A stretch of DNA of 64,000 nucleotides from Desulfobacterales bacterium (GCA_963674755.2 CAXXVS010000003.1:192001-256000); one strand, 5' to 3'. Positions 18,972-28,977 are shown, numbered from the stretch's first letter. Numbers and translations are program-made. The notes: generated by a model from the letters alone, not told the origin.

Positions 18972-19574
18972 ATGAATAACGCCGGGCTAAAAAGGGGCCT
19001 CGCTATCCGCGATCACCTACCCGAAAAAAATCTCCGGGAGGGAGCGGCCCTCTACTACATTGGCCTGCAGGCCAAACTGGCGCCCGTCTTCGGACCGCCG
19101 GAGACGGCCCTGGCCGTTCTGCCCCAATCGCTGTGGCGTTCCCGCTGCCTGACCGCCTTCGAGAATTCGAAACTGATCGGCATCCTGGGGATTCACGACG
19201 CCCGGGGGAGCTTTCTGGAGCCATCCCACCAGACCATGGTCCGGCACTACGGCGCCGTGATGGGCATGACGCGCATGATGTTGCTCATGCTGCTGGACCA
19301 CAAACTGCCGCCGGGGGATCTCTACCTGGACGGCCTCGTCGTGGCCGAACCGTACCGTGGGCAGGGGGTCGGCCGCGCCCTCATGGCAGCCTTCGAAGCG
19401 CGCGCCCGGGACAACGGATTTAAAACCGTCTCCCTGGAGGTTATCGACACCAATCCCCGGGCCCGCAGCATCTACGAGCGCCTGGGGTACGAATCGATTG
19501 CCACCCACACCATGGGGCCCTTTGCCCGCCTCTTCGGCTTCCGCACCACCCACCGGATGATGAAGCTGTTGTAG
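18972..19574 (+). CDS. GNAT family acetyltransferase
   Basis: YRGQGVGRAL acetyl-CoA motif; NPRARSIYERLGY. Confidence 0.88.
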   Translation: MNNAGLKRGLAIRDHLPEKNLREGAALYYIGLQAKLAPVFGPPETALAVLPQSLWRSRCLTAFENSKLIGILGIHDARGSFLEPSHQTMVRHYGAVMGMTRMMLLMLLDHKLPPGDLYLDGLVVAEPYRGQGVGRALMAAFEARARDNGFKTVSLEVIDTNPRARSIYERLGYESIATHTMGPFARLFGFRTTHRMMKLL

Positions 19575-19742
19575 GAGAAGGATAAGAAGTCGATGGGCTG
19601 AGGGGAAACCGTGAGCCGAACAAGCCTCGTTTAAAAACTTGAAAAGAAAATGATCCCCATAACCACCTGGGAAATGGTAGAAAAATAACCCTTGATGCCT
19701 TGCCCCCCGGGACCCTCGGACCCTATTTTCGTAAATAGTTTT

Positions 19743-19875
19743 CATCCAGAGGTGGTAAATTTTGGTTTCTGGCAAGGCCGCAGCCGACGGGCGCCCACAG
19801 GCGTAGCCCGGCTACGCCGAGGACCGACAGGACGCGAGAACGCCACCAGGGACCGAAAGATGCCATTTATGGATG
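19743..19875 (+). repeat. Palindromic repeat element (same motif order as the 10-kb and 35.7-kb repeats)
   Basis: Imperfect terminal inverted repeats CATCCAGAGGTGGTA...TGCCATTTATGGATG enclose CAAGG, the hairpin GGCGTAGCC-C-GGCTACGCC and AACGC. Confidence 0.7.
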
Positions 19876-19949
19876 GACATTAAATAGTGAAAGCCTATCG
19901 TCTGACCGCTGACATGACAGCAACCAACACCCGGGGAGGAACTCCCGCC

Positions 19950-20870
19950 ATGCCCCCCATCACATCCATCGCCATTCTGGGTGCCGGCGCCATGGGCGGT
20001 GCCTATGCCGCTATGCTGGATACCGTTCCCGAATTTGAAACCGTGTTCGTGGCCCGGGGCGCGCGGGCTGCGCGCCTGGCCCGGGAGGGCCTGATCGTCA
20101 ACGGCCGGCCCCTGAACCTCCCGGTGGTCCGGCCGGAACAGTCCACGGCGCCCGTCGACCTCATCATGGTGGCCCTGAAGCACCACCATATGGCGGAAGC
20201 CCTGCCCGATCTGGCACCTTTCATCGGCGGGCAGACCACCATCATTTCCATCATGAACGGCCTGGAAAGCGAGGAGACCATCGGCGCCCGCTACGGCATG
20301 GACAAAGTGCTCCTGGCCATTGCGGTGGGCATTGATGCTCTGCGGGAGGGCAACCGTATCTCCCACCGGAGCGCTGGCCGCCTGATCTTCGGCGAGGCTG
20401 AAAACAAAGCCATCAGCCCCCGGGTCCGGCGGTTGCAGGAAGCCTTCACCCGCGCGGGCATACCCCATGAAACGCCCGAGGACATGCGACGCGTCCTGTG
20501 GTGGAAATTCATGGTAAATGTGGGCATTAACCAGGCCTCGGCCGTCATGCGAGCGCCCTACGGTATCTTTCAGACATCAGAGGATGCCCGGTCGTTGATG
20601 CTGACCCTCATGGAAGAAGTCGTCACCCTTGCCAAAGCCAGGGGCGTGAACCTGTCTCAAAAGGACATCGAAGACTTTCTCGCCATCCTGCCCGGCCTGT
20701 CCCCGGATGGCAAAACCTCCATGCTCCAGGACATGGAAGCCGGCCGCCCCACCGAGGTGGACATATTTAGCGGCAAGGTCGTGTCCCTGGGCCGCGAACT
20801 CGGTGTCGCCACCCCGGTCAATGCCGCCCTGCTGAAGATTATCCGCGTTCTGGAAACGCAAACGTCGTAA
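19950..20870 (+). CDS. panE: Ketopantoate reductase family protein
   Basis: ILGAGAMGG, NGL, LWWKFMVNVGIN, SMLQD...GRPTEVD; GGAGGA RBS. Confidence 0.85.
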   Translation: MPPITSIAILGAGAMGGAYAAMLDTVPEFETVFVARGARAARLAREGLIVNGRPLNLPVVRPEQSTAPVDLIMVALKHHHMAEALPDLAPFIGGQTTIISIMNGLESEETIGARYGMDKVLLAIAVGIDALREGNRISHRSAGRLIFGEAENKAISPRVRRLQEAFTRAGIPHETPEDMRRVLWWKFMVNVGINQASAVMRAPYGIFQTSEDARSLMLTLMEEVVTLAKARGVNLSQKDIEDFLAILPGLSPDGKTSMLQDMEAGRPTEVDIFSGKVVSLGRELGVATPVNAALLKIIRVLETQTS

Positions 20871-21168
20871 TCGGAATCGAAGGGCGGCAGCCTGGGAGAT
20901 ACGGGAAGGCGCCCTGCGCAGCCTTGAAGTCCCATCGGTTTCTTGCTACATAAAACCAATCCTGCGCCTGTCAGGTGCCAAGCCGGCATGCCCCTCCAAA
21001 CCGCGCAATGCGGCGGCGCCCGCGAAAGGGCCTTGCAGACAACCACCAATGCGCCTTGACGTTGCGATGACAGGCGCTTGTCCCGAAAAAAAGCAACGGG
21101 CGGCCAATCCTGCTTTGCGGTCATCCGGCCTTTTTGCTTCCGTAGCGTAAACCTTCCCGGGAGTCGCC

Positions 21169-22455
21169 GTGGCCTTACATCTGTTGGACGACCATATCCG
21201 CACCCTCACCCGTAAACTGCCCACCCTCTATCGAAGACGCGTGCTGGTCCTGCTGAGCCTTTTGGCCCTGCACCTGTTTATCGTTACGCCGTTCGTGCGC
21301 CTGTCCACGGATGAACAGCGCTACCAGGCCGAGGCCGCCTCGCTGGCAACCCGTATCAGGCATCTGCAGGCGGTGGAAACCGATGTCCACCGCGCTCTGG
21401 ATCAGGTCGACCGGCAGAAAACCCTCCTGCTGGACGACCTGGTGGCCCGCTTCAAGGACCTCAACGACGTTCGGGACGCATTGCGCGCGCCAATGGAAGA
21501 CCAGCCCCAAGAACCCCCTTTCCAATCAGACCGTCAGTTCCAAGGCAAGTCAGGGCAGGGACATGAAGCGAACACGGCCCTGGCCGAAGCGGTGGCGAAA
21601 GCCGAAAACGCCGGCGACAAGACCGCGGCCTATCGCCTGCTGATTCATGATCTGATCATTGACCCGGCGTTCACCCAGGCCAACCAACGCTGGCAGGATG
21701 AAAAAACAGCCATCGAAGCCGGCTTGAAGCGTATCCGCGACGGGCTGCCCGCCGCCCAAACGTTCCGGGGGATCGAGGAACTTTTGACCAGGATCGACGA
21801 CGAGGTGCGGCGCTATCGCTTTACAGCCCCGGAGGGCGACTGGTGGATGACCGTCTCGGGCAAGGAAGCCGTGCTCGACAGGAATCTCGATCGGATCGCC
21901 GGCACCTTGAAGGAGGCGATTCTGCCCCTGGCGGCCGACCGGGACAAGCTCCGCCAGGAAATCGAGAAGAAAAGGGCTCTTCTGGCGGCGACGCGCCGGG
22001 AAAAGGAAGCGCTGGCCGCGCGCGCGGCGGAAAATTTTCTCCGCATCGAAAAATCCCTGAACATCGCCGTGATCGACGGTGTGCAGGCCATCGCCTTTTT
22101 TCCCACCCTGCTCGCGGTGGTTCTGGGGTTGATGACGGCCGACATCTGTCGCTGCCTGCAGGAACTGACCCGCTGTAAGAAACAGGTGGATGCCGGTCTC
22201 CGGACGGAAATCGTCCAATGGCTGGCCATCGCCGCCCGTCCGCCCTACCTGCTGGACTTTATCATGGCCCTCTGGATTTTTCTCGCCGTCGTGCAGGTTC
22301 GTCCACTGAATGCGGACAACACCCTCTATGCCGGCCAGATCCTGTTCGGTGCGCTGGTGCTGGCAACCGTCGCTATCTGGGAAAGTGCCGCCCGACGTCA
22401 GGCCATGGCAGTGGTAGCAGGCGAGGAGGCACAAACAAATGATACGTCCGTCTAA
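21169..22455 (+). CDS. Hypothetical membrane protein with long coiled-coil region
   Basis: 428-aa ORF with an N-terminal TM helix, coiled coil and three C-terminal TM helices; no family recognised. Confidence 0.7.
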   Translation: MALHLLDDHIRTLTRKLPTLYRRRVLVLLSLLALHLFIVTPFVRLSTDEQRYQAEAASLATRIRHLQAVETDVHRALDQVDRQKTLLLDDLVARFKDLNDVRDALRAPMEDQPQEPPFQSDRQFQGKSGQGHEANTALAEAVAKAENAGDKTAAYRLLIHDLIIDPAFTQANQRWQDEKTAIEAGLKRIRDGLPAAQTFRGIEELLTRIDDEVRRYRFTAPEGDWWMTVSGKEAVLDRNLDRIAGTLKEAILPLAADRDKLRQEIEKKRALLAATRREKEALAARAAENFLRIEKSLNIAVIDGVQAIAFFPTLLAVVLGLMTADICRCLQELTRCKKQVDAGLRTEIVQWLAIAARPPYLLDFIMALWIFLAVVQVRPLNADNTLYAGQILFGALVLATVAIWESAARRQAMAVVAGEEAQTNDTSV

Positions 22456-22486
22456 GTTTTGCGATTAGCGAGGGAAGAGAAATACA

Positions 22487-22780
22487 ATGTCGGTTTACAT
22501 GATTATCGATGCAACGGTTAAGGACCGCAGGAAATACGACCAGTATCTGGATCAGGTGCGACCCATCGTCGAGAAGCACGGCGGACGCTACCATGTGCGT
22601 GGCCAAAACATCCGCCCCCTGGGGGCCTGGCGTCCTGAACGAATCATCGTGATCGAGTTCCCGTCCGAGGATGCCATCCGGCGCTGGCTGGCATCGCCGG
22701 AATACACCGCTATTGCCTCGCTGCGGGAGGAAGGCGCCGACGCCCAGGCCATTCTGGTCGAAGGCTATCCTGACCACTAA
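22487..22780 (+). CDS. DUF1330 domain protein
   Basis: HGGRYHVRG...IIVIEFPS...WLASPEY pattern. Confidence 0.85.
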   Translation: MSVYMIIDATVKDRRKYDQYLDQVRPIVEKHGGRYHVRGQNIRPLGAWRPERIIVIEFPSEDAIRRWLASPEYTAIASLREEGADAQAILVEGYPDH

Positions 22781-22833
22781 AGCAAATCGCAGCGGAATAA
22801 TACGTTCTGATGAAGAGCGAAAGAATATCAACC

Positions 22834-24306
22834 ATGCGTTTAGCATTGAGGATTGCCCTTGCCTTCGTGCTGCTGACGGCCGCCGGCCTTGCACTGGCCT
22901 ATCTTTACCTGCCGGTCAATCGCGTCGCGATCACATCCGAACTGGTCATGCTTGGTGATCTCAATAATGACAACCAATGGAATTTGAAGGATGCGGAAAC
23001 GCTATCCGATGTGCTCGCCGATCCATTCCGGTCCGATCGCCGGATGATGCTTAAAATCGATGTCAACCGCAACGACCTGATAGACGAAGAAGATGTGTCA
23101 TTTCTGAGACATTTGTATCAGTTTTCCGATCCTTATCTGGCTGAACAAAAGGCGGGGGAACGGGGAGTTTATTTTCCCCGGCCGAGGGAATTTTTCAAGT
23201 ATCTGCCGACATACGAATATGTTCAGCGGCCGCTTTTTGCCTTGCACCCGGTCGCCAGGATGTCGCCCTTTGCTTTTCTGCCGGCGATGTCATCTGAAAG
23301 CGCGGACACACCCTACGAAAAGCAGCTTCTGATTGAAATCTACAACGAGGCCCTGCGCTTTTCATCGGCCTATACGGTCCGGAAAGATCAGCTCGACGCC
23401 ATCGAAAGCGACTATGCCCAGGGGAAAATCCGGCACTGCAACAATCTTTTTGATGCCGGGCAGTATTACCCGCTGCTGCTCAACCTGATCAGCCTGGTGG
23501 AAGACGCGGAAACATTGTCGATCGCGGACCAGTCCGAGTTTATAAGAAAGATATTGTATTTTCGCGATCACCTGAAAGCATTGCTGCTCTCCGATGAATT
23601 CGCGCAATTCAAACAGAGCCGGATTCCCTATACAGTGATCTACCAGAGAATCGAGGCCGCCCTTAAGGCCGACCTGGACCTTTCCGTGGACCTGGCGTCC
23701 CTGGCGCCGCCCAGGGATTTTACGAATCTGCAAAACTATCTGGATCGCGCCGAGTGGCAAGCTTACAAAAGCAAAACCCGCAAGGAGGATTTCAGGCAGC
23801 TTGTTTTATATGCCCAATACGACCGCCGCTACCTGCGAGCCGTCTCCAACACATCCCCCAAACAGCAGGACACTCAGCTGCAAAACCACAACCTGCCGAT
23901 GATTCTGTTGTTCCGCGAAGCCCTGCGCATTTCCGGCAACGATAAAAAGGCTGCGGTCGCCCTTCTCGATGAAGCCATCCGCATCCCTTTGGGGTGGGTG
24001 AAACGCATCCCGACAGATCTCCTGCCCAATTCCATCGCCCTGGAAAATTTCCTGTTGCCGGGCAACAAAGAGGACGGCCTGGATAAAAGCCGGCACTGGA
24101 ACGTGTTCGGAGGCATTGCGATCTACAAGTCTCCGCAGGAAGCCTTGATGCTGGCCTTGAAACGGGAAAACCTGGACTTGCAAGAGCAGAACTTTGCGCC
24201 GGAGGCCATGCAGGAATTCATTCGCGATACCATTGCCAATATCAACGGCATCTATTATGTCATATCGATTGACTCAGAGCACATTCCAGGGCTCGAAGGT
24301 CTATAA
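22834..24306 (+). CDS. Membrane-anchored hypothetical protein with dockerin-like Ca-binding repeats
   Basis: N-terminal TM helix, then GDLNNDNQWNLKD...DVNRNDLIDEED duplicated F-hand pattern. Confidence 0.7.
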   Translation: MRLALRIALAFVLLTAAGLALAYLYLPVNRVAITSELVMLGDLNNDNQWNLKDAETLSDVLADPFRSDRRMMLKIDVNRNDLIDEEDVSFLRHLYQFSDPYLAEQKAGERGVYFPRPREFFKYLPTYEYVQRPLFALHPVARMSPFAFLPAMSSESADTPYEKQLLIEIYNEALRFSSAYTVRKDQLDAIESDYAQGKIRHCNNLFDAGQYYPLLLNLISLVEDAETLSIADQSEFIRKILYFRDHLKALLLSDEFAQFKQSRIPYTVIYQRIEAALKADLDLSVDLASLAPPRDFTNLQNYLDRAEWQAYKSKTRKEDFRQLVLYAQYDRRYLRAVSNTSPKQQDTQLQNHNLPMILLFREALRISGNDKKAAVALLDEAIRIPLGWVKRIPTDLLPNSIALENFLLPGNKEDGLDKSRHWNVFGGIAIYKSPQEALMLALKRENLDLQEQNFAPEAMQEFIRDTIANINGIYYVISIDSEHIPGLEGL

Positions 24307-24339
24307 TCGTGTCGTGCTCTTGTTGGGGAAATCGACTGC

Positions 24340-24684
24340 ATGAACTTTAATCTTAAAGATAAAGTAGCCATCGTGACGGGTGCAAGTGCGGGACTAGGCA
24401 AGGCAATCGCCTTCAGTTTGGCATAGGAAGGCGCGAAAGTAGCGATTTCGGCCCGCCATCCAACCGCATTAAAGCAGACAGCAACGGGAATTGAATCTGC
24501 TACGGGAAAAGGCTTACTGGCCGTTTCCGGCGATATGTCCAAAGCCGCGTCGGTGAAGGATCTAGTTAATAGAGTGGTCGCCGAATATAAGACGTTCCAC
24601 ATTCTTGTTAACAATGTCGGACAGGCCAGTTACATCTCCGGCCAAAATATAATCGTTGATGGCGGCTTAAGTCGGGCGTTTTGA
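24340..24684 (+). pseudogene. SDR oxidoreductase pseudogene
   Basis: VAIVTGASAGLG start; in-frame TAG at 24424-24426; LVNNVG is joined directly to ASYISGQNIIVDGG, so the catalytic YxxxK region is deleted. Confidence 0.85.
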
Positions 24685-24726
24685 TGCGACTGTCACATCT
24701 CAACGGAGTCGTTCGAGAGGAGATCA

Positions 24727-26058
24727 ATGTCAAATAATCAAGACCTCGTCAAAAAGACAACGACTTACATCAAGCGTTCAATAACGCTTAAGATCGTTTC
24801 TGTGGGCATCCTGATTTTACTGCTACTGATACCCACTGCAATGGTTCAGAATCTGATAAGCGAAAGACAAGCGCGGCGTGATGCCGTCGTTAGGGAAATC
24901 AGCCAAAAATGGGGCGCCCCTCAAACGATAACCGGCCCCTTCATGACCATCCCCTATAAAGTGTTTTTCACAGACGCTGCCGATCAGACACGATTTAACC
25001 TGAAGTACCTGCATCTTCTGCCCGAAACACTGGATATCTCGGGCGAGATAGGGCCGGAAGTACGTTATCGAAGCCTTTTCGAAGCGGTTCTCTATAATAT
25101 CAGGCTCAAATTCAGGGGCAGCTTTAAACTGCCGCCGCTGAATCAATTGAACATCGATTCAAACAACATCCTGTGGGACAAGGCAAACCTATCGCTGGGC
25201 CTGACCGATATGCGCGGCATACAGGATAAGATTTTAATGTCGTTCAATAAATCCGTTTATAACGCCAACCCGGGACTAAAGACGACCGATTTGGCCGCCG
25301 GCGGCGTCAGCACACTGATCAATTCCTTAATGCTGAATGAAGCCAACAATTTTTCATTTGATTTGAACCTTAATGGCAGTGAACAAATAAGCTTTATTCC
25401 CGTTGGCGAATCCAATACCGTCCAGATTGGCTCGCGTTGGCCTTCGCCGAGCTTTAATGGTGCCTTCCTGCCCGCCAACCGCGAGGTTAAAAAGAGCGGA
25501 TTTATCGCCAACTGGCGCATTCTGCATTTAAACCGGAACTATCCCCAATTCTGGGAAGGCGCTCAGTATAAAGTCACGCCATCGGCTTTCGGCGTAAAGC
25601 TGATCCTGACGGCCGATATTTATCAGAAGTCAATGCGACTGGCCAAATATTCGATTATGTTCCTTGTCTTCACCTTTGCCGCTTTTTTCTTCTCCGAAAT
25701 CGTTAACAAACAAAGGATTCATCCCATCCAATACATTCTGGTCGGAATGGCCATCCTGATTTTTTATACGCTGGTGTTGTCGCTGTCCGAGTATATGCAT
25801 TTTAATTTTGCCTACCTCTTATCGGCCGCTGCGGTCACGCTGATCATCTCAGGCTATGCCAAAGCGATAACACGCAATCCAAGGTTTGCCTTAACCATCT
25901 TAGGCATATTGGCCGTCCTGTATGGCTATCTGTTTATTGTTTTGCAGCTCGAAGATTACGCCCTCATCATGGGCAGTATCGGGCTTTTATTGATACTGGC
26001 CATGGTGATGTACATTACGCGCAAAATCAACTGGTATGAAATCGAGACAGGCGCTTAG
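24727..26058 (+). CDS. creD: Inner membrane protein CreD
   Basis: LLIP...ERQ.R, W...QTITGP, WPSPSFNG.FLP, HPIQYILVG, SLSE, EDYALIMGS; visibly AT-richer than its neighbours. Confidence 0.9.
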   Translation: MSNNQDLVKKTTTYIKRSITLKIVSVGILILLLLIPTAMVQNLISERQARRDAVVREISQKWGAPQTITGPFMTIPYKVFFTDAADQTRFNLKYLHLLPETLDISGEIGPEVRYRSLFEAVLYNIRLKFRGSFKLPPLNQLNIDSNNILWDKANLSLGLTDMRGIQDKILMSFNKSVYNANPGLKTTDLAAGGVSTLINSLMLNEANNFSFDLNLNGSEQISFIPVGESNTVQIGSRWPSPSFNGAFLPANREVKKSGFIANWRILHLNRNYPQFWEGAQYKVTPSAFGVKLILTADIYQKSMRLAKYSIMFLVFTFAAFFFSEIVNKQRIHPIQYILVGMAILIFYTLVLSLSEYMHFNFAYLLSAAAVTLIISGYAKAITRNPRFALTILGILAVLYGYLFIVLQLEDYALIMGSIGLLLILAMVMYITRKINWYEIETGA

Positions 26059-26122
26059 CTGGGGAGGGCGTATTTTCGCGACGGCGACACCACCCTGGGG
26101 ACCACGTCCAAAAGGTTAAAAG

Positions 26123-26818
26123 ATGCACAAAAAAATCGGCATCATCGGTGGGCTCAGCCCGGAATCGACGATCAGTTATTATCTGCACATCACCCGCACC
26201 TATGTCGAACGCTTCGGCGATCACAGCTATCCCGAGATCATCATCTACAGCGTCAATCTGGAACAATACCACCGCTGGCGCAGCGCGAACCGATGGGATT
26301 TGGTTGCAGACGATCTCATCACTTCCGCGCAACGGCTCCGAAAGGCCGGGGCCGATTTCGCGCTGATCGCAACGAATACCATGCATAAGGTGTTCGACGC
26401 GGTGCAGGCCGCCGTCGATTTCCCGCTGATTCACATTATCGACGCCACGGCCGTGAAGGCCAGGGAACTCGGATTGAAAACCCTGGGGCTGCTCGGAACG
26501 CGGTACACCATGAGCGACGGGTTTTATCACGACCGCATCGCCCAAAGCGGGCTGTCATTGGTCGTTCCCCCTATTGAGGACCAGACCGTCGTTCATCGTG
26601 TCATCGTGGAAGAGCTGATCCAGGGGCGCTTGCAGGAAAGCTCCCGAGCGTCCTACCGACGCGTTATCGAAGCATTGATCGACCGGGGCGCCGAAGGCAT
26701 CGTCCTGGGATGCACGGAGATTCCGCTGCTCATCAAACAGGCGGATGCACCGGTTCCGCTTCTGGATACCGCCGCCCTCCATGCCGATGCCGCTCTGGAT
26801 TTTGCTTTGGCAGGTTAA
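26123..26818 (+). CDS. Aspartate/glutamate racemase family (YgeA/RacX-like)
   Basis: IGIIGGLSPEST, ATNTMH, LLGTRYTM, LGCTEI. Confidence 0.9.
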   Translation: MHKKIGIIGGLSPESTISYYLHITRTYVERFGDHSYPEIIIYSVNLEQYHRWRSANRWDLVADDLITSAQRLRKAGADFALIATNTMHKVFDAVQAAVDFPLIHIIDATAVKARELGLKTLGLLGTRYTMSDGFYHDRIAQSGLSLVVPPIEDQTVVHRVIVEELIQGRLQESSRASYRRVIEALIDRGAEGIVLGCTEIPLLIKQADAPVPLLDTAALHADAALDFALAG

Positions 26819-26859
26819 CCATGATGAACTTGTAGAAGGTCCCTGAAAGAGCTGTTTCG

Positions 26860-27339
26860 ATGAAAATCGTCAAGGCCTTGGAAGAAGACGCCTCACAGAT
26901 CGCCGCTATCATCCGCGAATCGCATCAGGACGTCGCTCGGATGTTCGCCATTACGGAAGAAAATAACCCCAAACATCCCTCTTTTTGCGCCACGGACTGG
27001 GTATTGAAGGATTTTCGAAGAGGTGAAGAATACTTCCTTTGCAAGATCGGCGATACCGTTGCCGGATGCGTAGCCTTCGAACAGCCGGACGCCCAAACCG
27101 CCTACCTGAACCGGCTGTCCGTCTTGCCTGGATACCGTCATCAGGGCCTCGGCGCGGCTCTTGTCCGCCACATTCTGGCATATGCCCGATCCAGGCCGGT
27201 CAGCATTGTCAGCATCGGCATCATCGCCAGCCACGAAGGCCTTAAAACATGGTATGCCGGCCTCGGCTTTGTCGAAAAAGATACGCGCACGTTCGCGCAC
27301 CTGCCGTTCGATGTAACATTTATGCAGTATGGCATCTGA
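26860..27339 (+). CDS. GNAT family acetyltransferase
   Basis: LNRLSVLPGYRHQGLG; WYAGLGF. Confidence 0.88.
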   Translation: MKIVKALEEDASQIAAIIRESHQDVARMFAITEENNPKHPSFCATDWVLKDFRRGEEYFLCKIGDTVAGCVAFEQPDAQTAYLNRLSVLPGYRHQGLGAALVRHILAYARSRPVSIVSIGIIASHEGLKTWYAGLGFVEKDTRTFAHLPFDVTFMQYGI

Positions 27340-27456
27340 ACGCGATACATGGTGATCGAAACGTTCAAACCGGGCCTGGCGGGAAAAGCCTAAGAGCGCT
27401 TCCGGGAAAAGGGGTGCCTGCTGCCGGAGGGCTGGGTCGCTATCGACTCATGGCTC
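27340..27456 (+). pseudogene. DUF3303-like gene remnant
   Basis: RYMVIETFKPGLAGKA*ERFREKGCLLPEG...IDSW with an in-frame TAA at 27391; similarity is lost after that. Confidence 0.6.
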
Positions 27457-27775
27457 TTCTGGGATAGAACCACCTTTCTTCAACCCGTGGCGGCGGACCG
27501 GTCTTCCCCTGGCAGGCGATAGCGGCCTTCCTCTCCCCCGCAAGACGGCAGCGGCCCCGCCGCCCCTGTAATTGCATCTTCGTATACGATCGCATGTAGG
27601 GTTTACCCACCACCCCGGGTAAGTCAAAATATAGGAATTTTACCATATTTCTAATAGGTTATACGACAATGACCGGACGAAAACGACCTCTCACGACCAT
27701 TAGAGCCCGAATACTCCATTTCTTCCGATAGTTAACCGTTCTCCGCGAACCCCGGATAACCAATATGAACGCTTT

Positions 27776-27791
27776 TGGCATTCATATTGCT
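27776..27791 (+). promoter_or_regulatory. Sigma54 (-24/-12) promoter
   Basis: TGGCATTCATATTGCT (GG-N10-GC), 70 bp upstream of the ATG at 27861. Confidence 0.65.
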
Positions 27792-27860
27792 CTTCGCCTC
27801 CCGGGTATGACTACGTCGACCCTTTTCCGGTCGGCGCATTACGCTAGGAGGTAACGCCCT

Positions 27861-28367
27861 ATGAATACCGAAGAAGTGACCGAACCGCTCCTTTCCGTCT
27901 CCGACAGCCGTTTTGCCGCGCTAAGATGCCGGATGAAGATGATGATGGCCCTGCTGTTCTCCATTATCTTCAAGTGCATTTCCGCGACCCTTGTGATTTT
28001 GGGGATCTGGCAATTCTTTCATTCGGTGGCGGGAGGCGAAAATGAGTTCATTTCCGTCATCGTCAAGTCGGTGAATACCTTTGTCATCGCCCTGGCCATA
28101 TTCGAGCTGGGCACCGGCGTCGGAAAAGAGTATACCGTCTCCGACGAGGGCGAAAACATCTATCATAACATCCGCCGGACCATCACCCGCTTCGTCGGCA
28201 CGGTCTGCATCGCCCTCGTCCTGGAGGCCCTGATCATGATCATCAAGTACAGCCAGCTCGAACTGGCCGGCAATCTTTTCTATCCGGTGGGCATCCTGCT
28301 GGGGGGCAGCGCCCTGCTCGTAGCCTTGGGCATTTTCCTGAAGCTGACCCGGGGCCATACCGAATAG
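27861..28367 (+). CDS. Hypothetical 4-TM membrane protein
   Basis: AGGAGG RBS; four hydrophobic helices; IRRTITRF...ALVLEAL motif. Confidence 0.75.
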   Translation: MNTEEVTEPLLSVSDSRFAALRCRMKMMMALLFSIIFKCISATLVILGIWQFFHSVAGGENEFISVIVKSVNTFVIALAIFELGTGVGKEYTVSDEGENIYHNIRRTITRFVGTVCIALVLEALIMIIKYSQLELAGNLFYPVGILLGGSALLVALGIFLKLTRGHTE

Positions 28368-28437
28368 GCGCCCGACGGGAAGCGGTTTATCACGACGCTA
28401 AATCGACGATTAGCCGCAACCAGGGAGGTTGGAATTC

Positions 28438-28977
28438 GTGACGATTGCGCTGCTTGTTATTGACGTCCAGCGGGGCCTCTGTACAGGTCAAAACCCGGCC
28501 CATGATGCGACCACTATCATCGCTCGGATCAATCGGGTGGCCGCCCAGGCGCGGCGTGCGAATATGCCTGTCATCTTCATCCAGCATGAATCCGCATCCG
28601 GGATGCTGACATATGGCACGGCCGATTGGCAGCTGGCCCAGGGCCTGGAGGCGACACCGGAGGATCTCCGGGTTCGCAAGACAACGCCGGATGCCTTTCT
28701 CAAAACGGATCTGGAAGCCATGCTCAAGCGCCGCGGAGTGACCGAACTGGCCATTTGCGGCATGCACACGGAGTTTTGTGTCGACACCACGACACGACGC
28801 GCGCTTGCTCTAGGCTATCCGGTGATCCTGGTGGGCGATGCCCACACGACCGCCGGTAACGCCGTCCTGACGCCTCGGCAAATCATCGACCACCACAATG
28901 AGACTCTGATGCAGATCGCAAGCTTCGGTCCGCGGGTCCGGGCCGTGTCAAGTGCTGACATCACGTTTGACGACTGA
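28438..28977 (+). CDS. Cysteine hydrolase (isochorismatase family)
   Basis: ALLVIDVQ, K..PDAF, GMHTEFCVDTT, DAHTT. Confidence 0.9.
   Translation: MTIALLVIDVQRGLCTGQNPAHDATTIIARINRVAAQARRANMPVIFIQHESASGMLTYGTADWQLAQGLEATPEDLRVRKTTPDAFLKTDLEAMLKRRGVTELAICGMHTEFCVDTTTRRALALGYPVILVGDAHTTAGNAVLTPRQIIDHHNETLMQIASFGPRVRAVSSADITFDD

Noticed and set aside
24424..24426. Pyrrolysine read-through of the in-frame TAG in the SDR
   Set aside because: The gene also lacks its catalytic middle half, so decay is the simpler explanation; no pyl genes in the window.
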